Part shown: piece by piece, positions 12,433-27,489 of the stretch
How the letters are laid out: the number at the start of each line of letters is the position of its first letter
How positions within the stretch are numbered: position 1 is the stretch's first letter
Source: the human T2T-CHM13v2.0 reference genome, Homo sapiens
Length of the DNA stretch: 64,000 nt
Reading direction: 5' to 3' (one strand)
Assembly (NCBI RefSeq): GCF_009914755.1
Contig: NC_060928.1
Program-made: the position numbers and the translations under genes
Notes under the pieces: model-generated
What the model was told of the DNA's origin: nothing
What the model saw: only the letters and a program-made list of their open reading frames with translations
The model's database searches: none

Positions 12433-14713
12433 TGGTATGGTTTGGCTGTGTCCCCTCCCAAATCACCTTGAATTATAGCTCCAATAATTCCTTTGTGTTG
12501 TGAGACAGACCCAGTGGTAGATAATTGAATCATGGGGGTAGTTTCCCCCATACTGTTCTCATGGTAGTGAATACGTCTCATGAGATCTGATGGTTTTATA
12601 AGGGGGAACTTCTTTTGCTTGTTTTTCATTCTCTCTTGCCACAGCCATGTAAGAAGTGCCTTTTACCTTCCACCATAATTGTGAGGCCTCTCCAGCCACA
12701 TGAAACTGTGAGTCCATTAAACCTATTTTTTTTCTCCAGTCTTGGGTATGTCTTTGTCAGTAGTGTGAAAATGGAATAATACAGTAAATTGGTACCAGTA
12801 GAGTGGGACACTGCTGAAAAGATACCCAAAAATGTGGAAGCCGCTTTGGAACTGGGTAACAGGCAGAGGTTGAAACAGTTTGGAAGGCTCAGAAGAAGAG
12901 AGGAAAATGTGGAAAGGTATGGAACTCCCTAGAGACTTGTTGAATGGCTTTGACCAAAATGCTGATAATGACATGGACAATGAAATCCAGGCTGAGATGG
13001 TCTTAGATGGAGATGAGAGACTTGTTAATAACTGGAGCAAAGGTGACTCTTGTTATGTTTTAGCAAAGAGACTGGCAGCATTTTACCCCTGCCCTAGAGA
13101 TTTGTGGAACTTTGAACTTGAGAGTGATGATTTAGGATATCTGGCAGAAGAAATTTCTAAGCAGCAAAGCATTCAAAATGTGACTTGGGTCCTATTAAAG
13201 GCCTTCCATTTTAAAAGGGAAACAGAGCATAAAAGTTCAGAAAATTTGCAGCTTAACAATGCAATAGAAAAGAAAACCCCATTTTCTGAGGAAGAATTCA
13301 AGCTGGCTGCAGACATTTGCATAAGTAACAAGGAGCCAAACGTTAATCACCAAGACAATGGGAAAAATGTTTCCAGGGCATGTCAGAAACCTTTGCGGCA
13401 GCCCCCTACCCCATCACAGACCCGGAGGCCTAGGAGGAAAAAATGGTTTCATGGGCCTGGCCCAATGTCCCTCTGCTGTGTGCAGTCTAGGGACTTGGTG
13501 CTCTGCATCCCATCCACTCTAGCCATGACTAAAAGAGGCCAAGGTACAGCTCAGGCCATGGGCTTCAAGTGGTGCAAGCCCCACGCATTGGCATCTTCCA
13601 CATGGTATTGAGCCTGCAGGTGCACAGAAGTCAAGAACTGAGGCTTCGGAACCTCTGCCTAGATTTCACAGGATATACGGAAATGCTTTGATTTCCAGGC
13701 AGAAGTTTGCTGCAGGGGCAGTGCTTTCATGGAGAACCTTTGCTAGGACAGTGCAGAAGGGAAATGGGGGGTGGGCACCCCCACACAGAGTCACCACTGG
13801 GGCACTTCCTAGTGGAGCTCTGAGAAGAGGGCCACCGTCCTCTATACCCCAGACTGGTAGATCCACTGACATCTTTCACTGTATGCCTGGAAAAGCCACA
13901 GACACTCAATGCCAGCCCATGAAAGCAGCCAGGAGCGAGGCTGTAGCCTGTAAAGCCACAGGGGTGGAGCTGCCCAAGACCATGGGAACACCTGGGACCA
14001 TGGGACCTGGATTTGAGACATGGATTCAAAGGAGATCATTTTGCACCTTTAAAATTTGACTGCCCTGCTGGATTTCAAGCTTTCATGGGACTGTAGCTCA
14101 TTTGTTTTGGCCAATTTCTCCCATTTGGAATGGCTGTATTTACTCAATGCCTGTACCCCCATTGTATCTAGGAAGTAACTAACTTGCTTTTGATTTTACA
14201 GGCTTATAGGCAGAAGGGACTTGCCTTGTCTCAGATGAGACTTTGGACTGTGGACTTTTGAGTTAATGCTGGAATGAGTTAAGACTTTGGGGGCCTGTTG
14301 GGAAGACATGATTGGTTTTGAAATGTGAGGATGGGAGATTTGGGAGGGGCCAGGGGCAGAATGATATGGTTTGGCTGTGACCCCACCCAAATGTCATCTT
14401 GAATTGTAGTTCCCATAATTCTCTCATGTTGTGGGAGGGATCCAGTGAGAGATAAATGAATCATGGGGGTGGTTTCCCCCATACTGTTCCTGTGGCAGTG
14501 AATAAGTCTTACTGGAGCTGATTGTTTTATAAAGGGAAACCCCTTTTGTTTGGTTTTCATTTTCTGTGGCTCCCGCCATGTAAGAAATGCCTTTCGCCTT
14601 CCGCTATGATTGTGAGGCCTCCCCAGCTGTGCATCACTGTGAGTCCATTAAAGCTACTTGTTTTCCCAGTCTTGGGTATGTCTCTATTAGCAGTGTGAAA
14701 ATGGACTAATACA
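12433..14713 (+). mobile_element. Full-length THE1 (THE1A/B-type) MaLR provirus
   Basis: 5' LTR 12433-12783, internal region 12784-14361 starting GTAAATTGGTACCAG, 3' LTR 14362-14713. TG...CA ends. 5-bp TSD CCTTC/CCATC. L1 ORF2 resumes on both sides. Confidence 0.95.
12880..13611 (+). pseudogene. THE1-internal ORF remnant, 243 open codons
   Basis: NWSKGDSCYVLAKRLAAFYPCPRDLWNFELE...LAEEISKQ is also recognisable in the MST-internal ORF at 28908-29396. Confidence 0.8.
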
Positions 14714-17700
14714 CCATCCATGAGCATGGGACATGTTTCCATTTGTTTATGTTGTCTATGATTTCTTTCAGCATTGTTTTGTAGTTTTCCTTGTATAGAT
14801 CTTTCACTTCCTTGGTTCAGTATATTCCTAATTTTATTTTATTTTATTTTTTGCAGCTATTTTAAAAGGGGTTGAGTTCTTGATTTGATTCTCAGCCTGG
14901 TCACTTATGGTGTATAGCAGGGCTACTAATTTGTGTACATTAATTTTGTATCCTGAAACTTTGCTGAATTCATTTACCAGTTCTAGGAGCTTTTTTGATA
15001 AGTTTTTAGGGTTTTCTAGGTATATGATCATGTCATCAGCAAACTGACTGTTTGACTTCCTGTTTACCAATTTGGATGCCCTTGATTTCTTTCTCTTGTC
15101 TGATTGCTCTGACTAGGACTTCCAGTACTATGTTGAATAGAAGTGGTGAAAGTGTGCATCCTTGTCTTGTTCCAGTTCTCTTGGGGAATGCTTTCAACTT
15201 TTCCCTGTTCAGTATAATGTTGGCTGTGGGTTTGTCATAGATGGCTTTAATTACCTTAAGATATGTCCCTTCTGTGCTGATTTTGCTGAGGGTTTTAATC
15301 AAAAAGGGAAGTTGGATTTTGTCAAATTCTTTTTCTGCATCTATTGAAATTATCATGTGATTTTTGTTTTTAATTTTGTTTATGTAGTGTATTACATTTA
15401 TTGACTCGTGGGTGTTAAGCCATCACTGCATCCTTGGTGTGAAATCCACTTGATCATGGTGGATTATCTTTTTGATATGCTAATGGATTCAGTTAGCTCA
15501 TATTTTGTTGAGGATTTTTGCATCTATATTCATCAGGGATATTGGTCTGTAGTTTTCTTTTTTTGTTATGTCCTTTCCTGGTTTTGGTACTAGGTTGATA
15601 CTGGCTTCATAGAGTGATTTAGTGAGGATCCCTTTTTCTCTATCTTTTGGAATATTGTCAATAGGATTGGTACCAATTTTTCTTTGAATGTCTGCTCAAA
15701 TTCAGTTGTGAATCCGTCTGGTCCTGGGGTTTTTTTTTCTTAGTAACTTTTTAATTACTATTTCAACCTTGCTGCTTGTTATTGGTCTGTTCAGAGTTTC
15801 TATTTCTTCCTGGTTTAATCTACTAGGGTTGTTTACTTCCAGGAATTTATCCGTCTCCTCTAGGTTTTCTAGTTTATGCATGTGAAGGTGTTTGTAGTAG
15901 CCTTGAATGATCTTTTGTATTTCTGTAGTATTGGTTGTAATATATTGTTTCATTTCTAATTGAGCTTATTTGAATCATCTCTCTTCTTTTCTTGGTTAAT
16001 CTCACTAATGATCTATCAATTTTATTTACCTTTTCAAAGAACCAGCTTTTGGTTTCATTTATATTTTGTATTTTTTTGTTTGTTTGTTCAATTTCATTTA
16101 GTTCTGCTCTTATCTTGGTCATTTCTTTTCTTCTGCTGGGTTTGGGTTTGGTTTGTTCTTACTTCTCTAGCTCCTTGATGTGTGACCATAGATTGTCTAT
16201 TTGTGCTCTTTCAGACTTTTTGATGTAGGCATTTAATGCTATGAGCTTTCCTCTTAGCACTGACTTTGCTGTATCTTAGAGTTTTTGATAGGTTGTGTCG
16301 CAATTATCATTCAGCTCAAAGAATGCTTAAATTTCCATACTGATTACATTTTTGACCCAATAATCATTCAGGAACAGCTTATTTATCATGTATTTGCATG
16401 ATTTTGAGGGTTCCTTTTGGAGTTGATTTCCAATTTTATTACACTGTGGTCCGAGAGAGTACTTGCTATAATTTTGATTTTCTTAAATTTGTTGAGACTT
16501 GTTTTGAGGTCTATCATATGGTCTGTCTTGAAGAAAGTTCCATGTGCTGATGAATAGAATTTACATCTACAATTGTTGGGTAGAATGTTCTGTAAATCTG
16601 TGTTAAGATGTTCCAGGGTATAGTTTAAGTCCATTGTTTCTTTGTTGACTTTCTCTCTTGTTGACCTGTCTAGGGCTGTCAGTGGAGTATTGAAGTCCAC
16701 CACTATTATTGTGTTGCTGTCTATCTCATTTCTTAGGTCTAGTAATAATTGTTTTATAAATTTGAGAGCTCCAGTGTTAGGTGCACATAAATTTAGGATT
16801 GTGATAATTTCCTTTTGGACTAGTCCATTTATCATTATATAATGTCCCTCTTTGTCTTTTCAAACTGTTGTTGCTTTAAAGTTTGTTTTGTCTGATATAA
16901 GAATAGCTACTCCTACTCACTTTGGATGTCCATTTGCATGGAATATCTTTTTCTACCTCTTTAGCTTAAGCTTATGTGAGTCCCTATGTCACAGATGAGT
17001 CTCTTGAAGACAGCAGATACATGGTTGGTGAATTTTTTTTTATTATTATTATACTTTCAGTTCTAGGGTACATGTGCACACCATGCAGGTTTGTTACATA
17101 TTTATACATGTGTCATTTTGGTTTGCTGCACCCATTAACTCATCACTTACATTAGGTATTTCTCCTAATGCTATCCCTCCTCCATCCCCCCATGCCACAA
17201 CAGGCCCCGGTGTGTGATGTTTCTCACCCTGTATCCAAGTGTTCTCATTGTTCAATTCCTACCTATGAGTGAGAACATGCAGTGTTTGGTTTTGGGTCCT
17301 TGCAATACTTTGCTCAGAATGATGGTTTCCAGCTTCATCCATGTCCCTACAAAGGATATAAACTCATCCTTTTTTATGGCTGCATAGTATTCCACAGTGT
17401 ATATGTGCCACATTTTCTTAATCCAGTCTATCATTGATGGACATTTGGGTTGGTTCCAAGTCTTTGCTATTGTGAATAGTGCCACAATAAACATATGTGT
17501 GCATGTGTCTTTATAGCAGCATGATTTATAATCCTTTGGGTATATACCCAGTAATGGGATGGCTGGGTCAAATGGTATTTCTAGTTCTAGACCCTTAAGG
17601 AATCACCACACTGACTTCTGCAATGGTTGAACTAGTTTACAGTTGCACTAACAGTGTAAAAGTGTTCCTATTTCTCCACATCCTCTCCAGCACCTGTTGT

Positions 17701-17993
17701 TTCCTGACTTTTTAATGATCACCATTCTAACTGGTGTGAGATGGTGTCTCACTGTGGTTTTGATTTGCATTTCTCTGATGGCCAGTGATGATGAGCATTT
17801 TTTCATATGTCTATTGGCTGCATAAATGTCTTCTTTTGAGTAGTGTCTGTTCATAGCTTTGCCCACTTTTTGATGGGATTGTTTGATTTTTTCTTGTAAA
17901 TTTGTTTAAGTTCTTTATATAGTCTGGATATTAGCCCTTTGTCAGATGGGTAGGTTGCAAAAATTTTCTCCCATTCTGTAGGTTGCCTGTTCA

Positions 17994-18761
<768 letters not shown>

Positions 18762-20297
18762 TTAGATTCCTAGGTATTTTATTGTCTTTGTAGCAATTGT
18801 GAATGGGAATTCACTCATGATTTGGCACTCTGTTTGTCTGTTATTCGTGTATAGGAATGCTTGTGATTTTTGCACATTGATTTTGTATCCTGAGACTTTG
18901 CTGAAGTTGCTTATCAGCTTAAGGAGATTTGGGGCTGAGACGATGGGGTTTTCTAAATATACAATCATGTCATCTGCAAGCAGGGACAATTTGACTTCCT
19001 CCTTTTCTAATTGAATACCCTTTATTTTTTTCTCTTGCCTGATTGCCCTGTCCGGAACTTCCAACACTGTGTTGAATAGGAGTGGTGAGATAGGGCATCC
19101 ATGTCTTATGCCTTTTTCAAAGGGAATGCTTCCAGTTTTTGCCCATTCAGTATGATATTGGCTGTGGGTTTTTCATAAATATCTCTTATTATTTTGAGAT
19201 ACATTCCATCAGTACCTAGTTTATTGAGAGCTTTTAGCATGAAGCGCTGTTGAATTTTGTCGAAGGCCTTTTCTGCATCTATTGAGATAATTGTGTGGTT
19301 TTTGTCTTTGGTTCTGTTTATGTGATGGATTACGTTTATTGACTTGCATATGTTGAACAAGCCTTGCATCTCAGGGATGAAGCCAGCTTGATCATGGTGG
19401 ATAAGCTTTTTGATATGCTGCTGGATTTGGTTTGCCAGTAATTTATTGAGGATTTTTCCGTCGATGTTCATCAGGGATATTGGTCTAAAATTCTATTTTT
19501 TGTGTGTCTCTGCCAGGCTTTGGTATCAGGATGATGTTGAGCTCATAAAATGAGTTAGGGAGGATTCCCTCTTTTTCTATTGATTGGAGTAATTTCAGAA
19601 GGAATGGTACCAGCTCCTCTTTGTACCTCTGGTAGAATCTGGCTGTGAATCCATCTGCTCTTGGACTTTTTTTGGTTGGTAGGCTGTTAATTATTGCCTC
19701 AATTTCAGAGTCTGTTATTGGTCTATTCTGGGATTCAACTTCTTCCTGGTTTAGTTTTGGTAGGGTGTATGTGTCCAGGAATTTATCCATTTCTTCTAGA
19801 TTTTCTAGTTTATTTGCATAGAGGTGTTTATAGTATTCTCTGATGGTAGTTTGTATTTCTCTGGGATTGATGGTGATATCCCCTTTACCATTTTTTATTG
19901 CATCTATTTGATTATTCTCTCTTTTCTTCTTTATTAGTCTTGCTAGTGGTCTATCAATTTTGTTCATCTTTTCAAAAAACCAGCTCCTGGATTCATTGAT
20001 TTTTTGAAGGGTTTTTTTGGTCTCTATCTCCTTCAGTTCTGCTCTGATCTTAGTTATTTCTTGCCTTCTGCTAGCTTTTGAATGTGTTTGCTCTTGCTTC
20101 TCTAGTTCTTTTAATTGTTTGTTAGGGTGTCGATTTTAGATCTTTCCTGCTTTCTCTTGTTGGTATTTAGTGCTATAAATTTCCCTCCACACACTACTTT
20201 AAATGTGTCCCAGAGATTCTGGTACATTGTGTCTTTGTTCTCATTGGTTTCAAAGAACATCTTTATTTCTGCCTTCATTTCGTTATGTACCCAGTAG

Positions 20298-20654
<357 letters not shown>

Positions 20655-23067
20655 AGTGAGTTTCTTAATCCTGACTTCTAATTTGATAGCAGTGTCGTCT
20701 GAGAGAGAGTTTGTTGTGATTTCTGTTCTTTTACATTTGCTGAGGAGTGCTTTACTTCCAACTATGTGGTCAATTTTGGAATAAGTGTGATGTGGTGCTG
20801 AGAAGAATGTATATTCTGTTGATTTGGGGTGGAGAGTTTGGTAGATGTCTATTAGGTCTGCTTGGTGCAGAGCTGAGTTCAAGTCCTGAATATCCTTGTT
20901 AACCTTCTGTCTTGTTAATCTGTCTAATATTGACAGTGGGGTGTTAAAGCCTCCCATTATTATTGTGTGGGAGTCTAAGTCTCTTGTAGGTCTCTAAGGA
21001 CTTGCTTTATGAATCTGGGTGCTTCTGTATTGGGTGCATATATATTTAGGATAGTTAGCTCTTCTTGTTGAATTGATCCCTTTACTATTATTTAATGGCC
21101 TTCTTTGTCTCTTTTGATCTTTGTTGGTTTAAAGTCTGTTTTATCAGAGACTAGGATTGCAACCCCTGATTTTTTTTGCTTTCCATTTGCTTGGTAGATC
21201 TTCCTCCATCCCTTTATTCTGAGCCTGTTTGTCTCTGCATGTGAGATGGGTCTCCTGAATACAACACACTGATGGGTCTTGACTCTATCCAATTTACTAG
21301 TCTGTGTCTTTTAATTGGGGCATTTAGCCCATTTACATTTAAGGTTAGTGTTGTTATGTGTGAATTTGACCCTGTCATTATGATGTTAGTTGGTTATTTT
21401 GTCTGTTAGTTGATGGAATTTCTTCCTAGCATCAGTGATCTTTACAATTTGGCATGTTTTTGCAGTGGCTGGTACCGGTTGTTCCTTTCCATGTTTAGTG
21501 CTTCCTTCAGGAGGTCTTGTAAGTCAGGTTTGGTGGTGACAAAATCTCTCAGCATTTGCTTGTCTGTTAAGGATTTTATTTCTCCTTCACCTATGAAGCT
21601 TAGTTTGGCTGGTTATGAAATTCTGGGTTGAAAATTCCTTTCTTTAAGAATGTTGAATAGTAGCCCCCACAATCTTCTGGCTTGTAGAGTTTCTGCCAAG
21701 AAATCCGCTATTAGTGTGATGGGCTTCCCATTGTGGGTAACCCAACCTTTCTCTCTGGCTACCCTTAACATTTTTTCCTTCATTTCAACCTTGGTGAATC
21801 TGACAATTATGTGTCTTGGGGTTGCTCTTCTTGAGGAGTATCTTTGTGGTGTTCTCTGTATTTCCTGAATTTGAATGTTGACCTGCCTTGCTAGGTTGGG
21901 GAATTTATCCTGGATAATATCCTGCAGAGTGTTTTCCAGCTTGGTTCCATTCTCCCCTTCACTTTTAGGTACACCAATCAAACGTAGATTTGGTCTTTTC
22001 ACATAGTCCCATATTTCTTGGTGGCTTTTTTCGTTTCTTTGTGTTCTTTTTTTCTCTAAACGTCTCTTCTTGCTTCATTTCATTCATTTGATCTTCAGTC
22101 ACTGATAACCTTTCTTCCACTTGATGGAATCGTCTACTGAAGCTTGTGCCTGCATCACGTAGTTCTCGTGCCATGGTTTTCAGCTCCATCAAGTCATTTA
22201 AGGTCTTCTCTACACTGTTTGTTCTAGTTAGCCATTCGTCTAATCTTTTTGCAAGGTTTTTAGCTTCCTTGCAATGGGTTTGAACATCCTCCTTTAGCTC
22301 AGAGAATTTTGTTATTACCGACCTTCTGAAGCCTACTTCTGTCAACTTGTCAAAGTCATTCTCCATCCAGCTTTGCTCCATTGCTGGCGAGGAGCTGCGA
22401 TCCTTTGGAGGAGGAGAGGCACTCTGGTTTTTAGAATTTTCTGCTTTTCTCCTCTGGTTTCTTCCCATCTTTTTGGTTTTAACTACCTTTGGTCTTTGAT
22501 GACGGTGACCTACAGATGGGGTTTTGGTGTGGATGTCCTTTTTGTTGATGTTGATGCTATTCCTTTCTGTTTGTTAGTTTTCCTTCTAACAGTCTGGTCC
22601 TTCAGCTGCAGGTCTGTTGAAGTTTGCTGGATTTCCACTCCAGACCCTGTTTGCCTGGCTGTCGCCAGCAGAGGCTGCAGAACAGCAAATATTGCAGAAC
22701 AGCAAATACTGCTGCCTGATCCTTCCTCTGGAAGCTTCGTCTGAGAGGGGCACCTGGCTGTATGAGGTTTCAGTCAGCCTCTACTGGGAAGTGTCTCTCA
22801 GTTAGGCTACACAGGGGTCAGGGACCCACTTGAGGAGGCAGTCTGTCCGTTCTCAGAGCTCAAATGCCGTGCTGGGAGAACCACTGCTCTCTTCAGAGCT
22901 GTCAGACAGGGACGTTTCAGAGTGTAGAAGTTTCTGCTGCCTTTTGTTCAGCTATGCCCTGCCCCAGAGGTGGAGTCTATAGAGGCAGACAGGCCTCACT
23001 GAGCTGCAGTGGGCTCCACCCAGTTTGAACTTCCTGGCCACTTTGTTTACCTACTCAAGCCTCAGCA

Positions 23068-23400
23068 ATGGCGGATGCGCCTCCCCCAGACAGGCTGCCG
23101 CCTTGCAGTTCTATCTCAGACTGCTGCGCTAGCAGTCAGCAAGGCTCTGTGGACTTGGGACCCGCTGAGCCAGGCATGGGACATAATCTCCTGGTGTGCT
23201 GTTTGCTAAGACCGTTGGAAAAGCGCAGTATTTGGGTAGCAGTGTCCCGATTTTCCCAGTACAGTCTGTCACAGCTTTCCTTGGCTAGGACAGGGAAATC
23301 CCCCGACCCTTTGCGCTTCCTGGGTGAGGCGATGCCCCACTCTGCTTCAGCTCACCCTCTGTGGGCTGCATCCACTGTCCAACCAGTCCCAATGAGATGA
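23068..23400 (+). CDS. LINE-1 ORF0 homolog (antisense 5'UTR ORF), open and extended to 110 aa
   Basis: MADAPPPDRLPPCSSISDCCASSQQGSVDLGPAEPG aligns with L1HS ORF0 (MAGAPPPASLPPCSLISDCCASNQRDSVGVGPSEPG, from memory). Strong Kozak context GCAATGG. Expression is not shown. Confidence 0.75.
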   Translation: MADAPPPDRLPPCSSISDCCASSQQGSVDLGPAEPGMGHNLLVCCLLRPLEKRSIWVAVSRFSQYSLSQLSLARTGKSPDPLRFLGEAMPHSASAHPLWAASTVQPVPMR

Positions 23401-25375
23401 ACTGGGTACCTCTGTTGGAAATGCAGAAATCACCTGTCTTCTGCGTCGATCACACTGGGAGTTGCAGACCAGAGCTGTTCCTAGTTGGCCATCTCGGAAT
23501 GGACCGGTGAATTCTTATCTATTCTGCTATTCTGTATCTTTTATATGGAGCATTTACGCCATTTATATTCAATGTTAGTATTAAGATGTGAGGTACTATT
23601 CTATTCATTGTGCTATTTGTTGCCTGAATACCTTAGTTTTATTTCATTGTGTTGTTGTCTCATAGGTCCTGTGAGATTTATGCTTTAAGGAGATTTTAAT
23701 TTGATATGTTTCAGGGATTTGTTTAAAGATTTAGAGCTCCTTTTGGCAGTTCTTGTAGTTCTGGCTTGTTAGTGGCGAATTCTCTCAGCGTTTGTTTGTC
23801 TGAAAAAACTTTATCTTTCCTTCATTTATGAAGCTTAGTATTGCTTGAAACAAATTTCTTGGCTGATAATTGTTTTGTTTGAGCCTGCTAAAGCTAGGAC
23901 CCCAATCCCTTCTAGCTTGCAGGGTTTCTGCTAAGAAATCTACTGTTAATCTGATAGGTTTTCCTTTATAGGTTATGTCATGCTTTTGCCTCATAGCTCT
24001 TAAGAGTTTCTTTTGTCTTGACTTTAGATAGCGTGATGACTGTGTTCCTAGGTGATTATATTTTTGTGATTAATTTCCCAGGTGTTCTTTGAGCTTCTGG
24101 TATTTCGATGTCTAGATCTCTAGCAAGGCTGGGGAAGTTTTCTTTGATTGTTCCCTCAAATATGTTTTCCAAAATTTTAGATTGCTCTTCTTCCTCAGGA
24201 ACACCAATTATTCTTAGGTTTGGTCGTTTGACATAATCCCCAACTTCTTGGAGGCTTTGTTCATTTTTAAAAATTCCTTTTTCTTTGTCTTTGTCTGATT
24301 GGGTTAATTTGAAAGCCTTGTCTTTGAGCTCTGAAGTTCTTTCTTCTACTTGTTTGATTCTATTGTTGAAACTTTTCAGTGTATTTTGCAATTCTCTAAT
24401 TGTGTCTTTCATTTCCAGAAGCTGTGATTGTTTTTTATTTATGCTACCTATTTTATTGGAGATTTTTTCATTAATAATCTGTATCAGTTTTTTTTCATTT
24501 CTTTAAGTTGGATTTCACCTTCCTCTAGTGCCTCCTTGATTGGCTTAATAGTTGACTTCCTGAATTCTTTTTCTGGCAATTCAGAGATTTCATCTTGGTT
24601 TGGATCCATTGCTGGCGAGCTAGTGTGATCTTTTGGGGCTGTTACAGAGCCTTATTTTGTCATATTACCAGAATTGTTTTTCTGGTACCTTCTCATTTGG
24701 GTAGACTATATCAGAGGGACAATCGGGGACTCACGGGCTGCTGTTCAGATTCCTTTGTCTCACACAGTGCTCCCTTGATGTGGTGCTCTCCCCTTTCCCC
24801 TAGGGATGGGGCTTCCTGAGAGCCAAACTGCAGTGATTGTTATTTCTTTTTTTAGTCTAGCCACCCACTGGAGCTCCAGGCTGGTACTGGGGAATGTCTG
24901 CAAAGAGTCCTGTGATGTGATTCATCTTCAGGTCTCTCAGCGGTGGATACCAGCACCTGCTCCAGCAGAGGCAGTAGGGGAGCAAAGTGAACTTTGAGGG
25001 TCCTTGGTTGCATTATTGTTAAGTGCGCTGGTTCTGTGTTTGTTGGCCTCCAGCCAGGATGTGGTGCTTTCAAGAGTGCATCAGCTGTGGTAGTGTAGGG
25101 AGGATCAGGCCGTGGGCGGGGCCATAGAGCTTCCAAGAGATTATGCTCTTTGTCTTTGGTGTTCCTCAGCCGTCCCATGGAGCCTGCAGTGGCAATTCAC
25201 CTCCGTCAGAGGGTCTGTGGATTATCTTGGCTTTCCTGGTATCTTCCTGCAGTAGTTCTTGGAGCAGAAGTTCACAATGTGGGTCTCCACACACTGCTTT
25301 GTCCTGCTGAGTAGGAGCTGCAAGTTAGTCCTGCCTCCTATCCGCCATTTTCTTGTAAAGTCCCTAAGACAATAT

Positions 25376-26360
25376 TTGTTGTGCTTATTCACTCCTGTGT
25401 TTCTTCTAGCTAAGTCTCGATTTCTAAAATGATTTTCTCCCTTATTTCTAATTCTTGAGTTCCATTACCTCAGTTTTGAATTTTTGTAATTTTAAGTTAC
25501 ACTGTTTTTTCATATTTTGTACATTTTCTTAATGCCTTTTAGCTTGTTTGGAAATAGTACTTTACACCTGTTATCTGTCTTTTGAATGTATCTTTCTGGT
25601 GTGTTTTATTGTATACAGATGTCATCCAGGTTCTTATTCTTTTTCCTGCAGTAATTTTATATAGAATTTGATCTCAATACCTTTATGTTGCTCATTTAAT
25701 ATGATTTCTGTTTTAAATTTTCAGAATGATCTAGGTTTAGATAGCTTTCTGTCTTCACAAATTTTCTTTTTCTTTTTGTTTTTGTGTAGTGTTAAATATA
25801 TGGCATACTGCTTTCTATGATTTGCTGGCTTTATTCACTTTGCCTAATTTTATTTGGCTTTTCTCTTTTCTTTGTTTCTTGTATACCAATCCTTCTCAGT
25901 TTTCATTTTTCTCCCAGAAGTTTCTTCTTGGTGTGTGACCCTGTCCTACAAGGGAGTTTCAAGAGTTCAGAGGGACTAGACTGCTCCAAACTCTTTAGCC
26001 TTACCGTGGCTCTTTGCCCTTAAAAACTATTGGAGGGTGCAAAACCCTTCCTAGATGCAGCTGCTGTTTTCAAATTGGTCTGCCAAAGTTTAAGATGACT
26101 ATTTTGTGCTATCCTGTTCTTAGGTCAGTCAGGTATATGCTTGCTTCCCTCTGTTTTCTCTCATACAGATTTCAATAACATTTAGATCTTGTGGTTATTG
26201 GTACTTTGTCTCTGTTTGTATTTTAGGGTTCATGGTGGTACCCTGTTTTCAATTTTTGTTGTAAATATTTTGAATTTTCTCTCTAGTTACTTTGACTGTT
26301 TTTACATGAGGTTTCCAGAAGATCCAAAAGCTGTACTGCTGTCATTATGTTCCCAGAATA
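25376..26360 (-). mobile_element. HAL1/L1M 5' portion (outer element, part 3)
   Basis: T-rich degenerate antisense ORF1-like sequence that continues directly after the L1PB1 TSD. Confidence 0.45.
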
Positions 26361-26399
26361 TAGATTAACAAAATAATATTGGTCAATGACCAAAAAATG

Positions 26400-27250
26400 G
26401 TCATTTTTTATGTCAATGCATATAGATCTAACTCATTCTTTTTAATAGCTGAGTAACATTTAGGTTTAAAACACAATTTATTCAGTCATTTTCTTTGATT
26501 TTAACCTTTGTTAAATATATTGCAAATCTTTTCTCCCAGTCTATCTTTAAAATTTTAAATGAAATTTTAATTTTTATGTAGTCAAATCTTTTGATAATTA
26601 CGGCTTCTGAATTCCAAAATATTCTTCTTAAATCATCCACCAATCCCAAAGTTACACAAATATTCTTTTAAGTATTCTACTGATAAACTTAATTTTTGAA
26701 TAGTTTTTAAATTATTGTGTGATTTATTTTTTGTGTGATATCAAATAGGGTATAAGTCTTTTTTTCTGAATGGGTAGCCAATTATGCTTAATGGATAGCT
26801 GAAAAATAATGTTATTTATTTCAGGATAGTTATTAAATGTAGTTCATTTTATCAAACATACTGTAAAACCATCTTTATTGTATGTAAAATTTCTATGTAC
26901 TTGAATTGGTTTCTAGACTCTATATTTTCCTATTTGCATATTCCTCTACCAACACATTGTATTAAAGTTTATAGTAACTTGATGGTAATGCATTGTATGT
27001 AGTAGGACAAGCATCTCTTTACTACTTTAGTTTCAATTTTTCGTGATAGTTGATTTTTAAAAAGTGTCTGTGCATAAACATAGTATAATTTTTACATTAC
27101 AAAAACACTTTATTGTAATTTATTTGGAAGTGCATTAAGTTTATATATTAATTTGGAGAGATTGGCATTTATATGCTATTGTCTTTGTATCATGGAATAT
27201 GCTACTGCTCCAAAGTTATTGAGGTCTCAATTTGATGATTGTGTGTGTAT
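26400..27250 (-). mobile_element. Degraded L1ME-type ORF2 3' fragment
   Basis: ATATATTGCAAATCTTTTCTCCCAGTCT, GCATTAAGTTTATATATTAATTTGGAGAGATTGGCAT. Confidence 0.65.
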
Positions 27251-27489
27251 ATAAAAAAGCATAGACTATACATTTTTTCTGTTAGTTCAGGGAATATTTT
27301 TAAAAGTTGTTCATGTTCTTGGTCACAATTAAAATTTTACCTTTCAAGAAGTACAGGTTCTGCAGAATATATTCTCCAAATATAGTCAAATAAAAATGGC
27401 AAACAACAATAAAAATAATCCAGGATAATTTTTAATACACCACTATTGATTGTATAAATTGTTTTAACAACCATAACTACTGTTTGACA

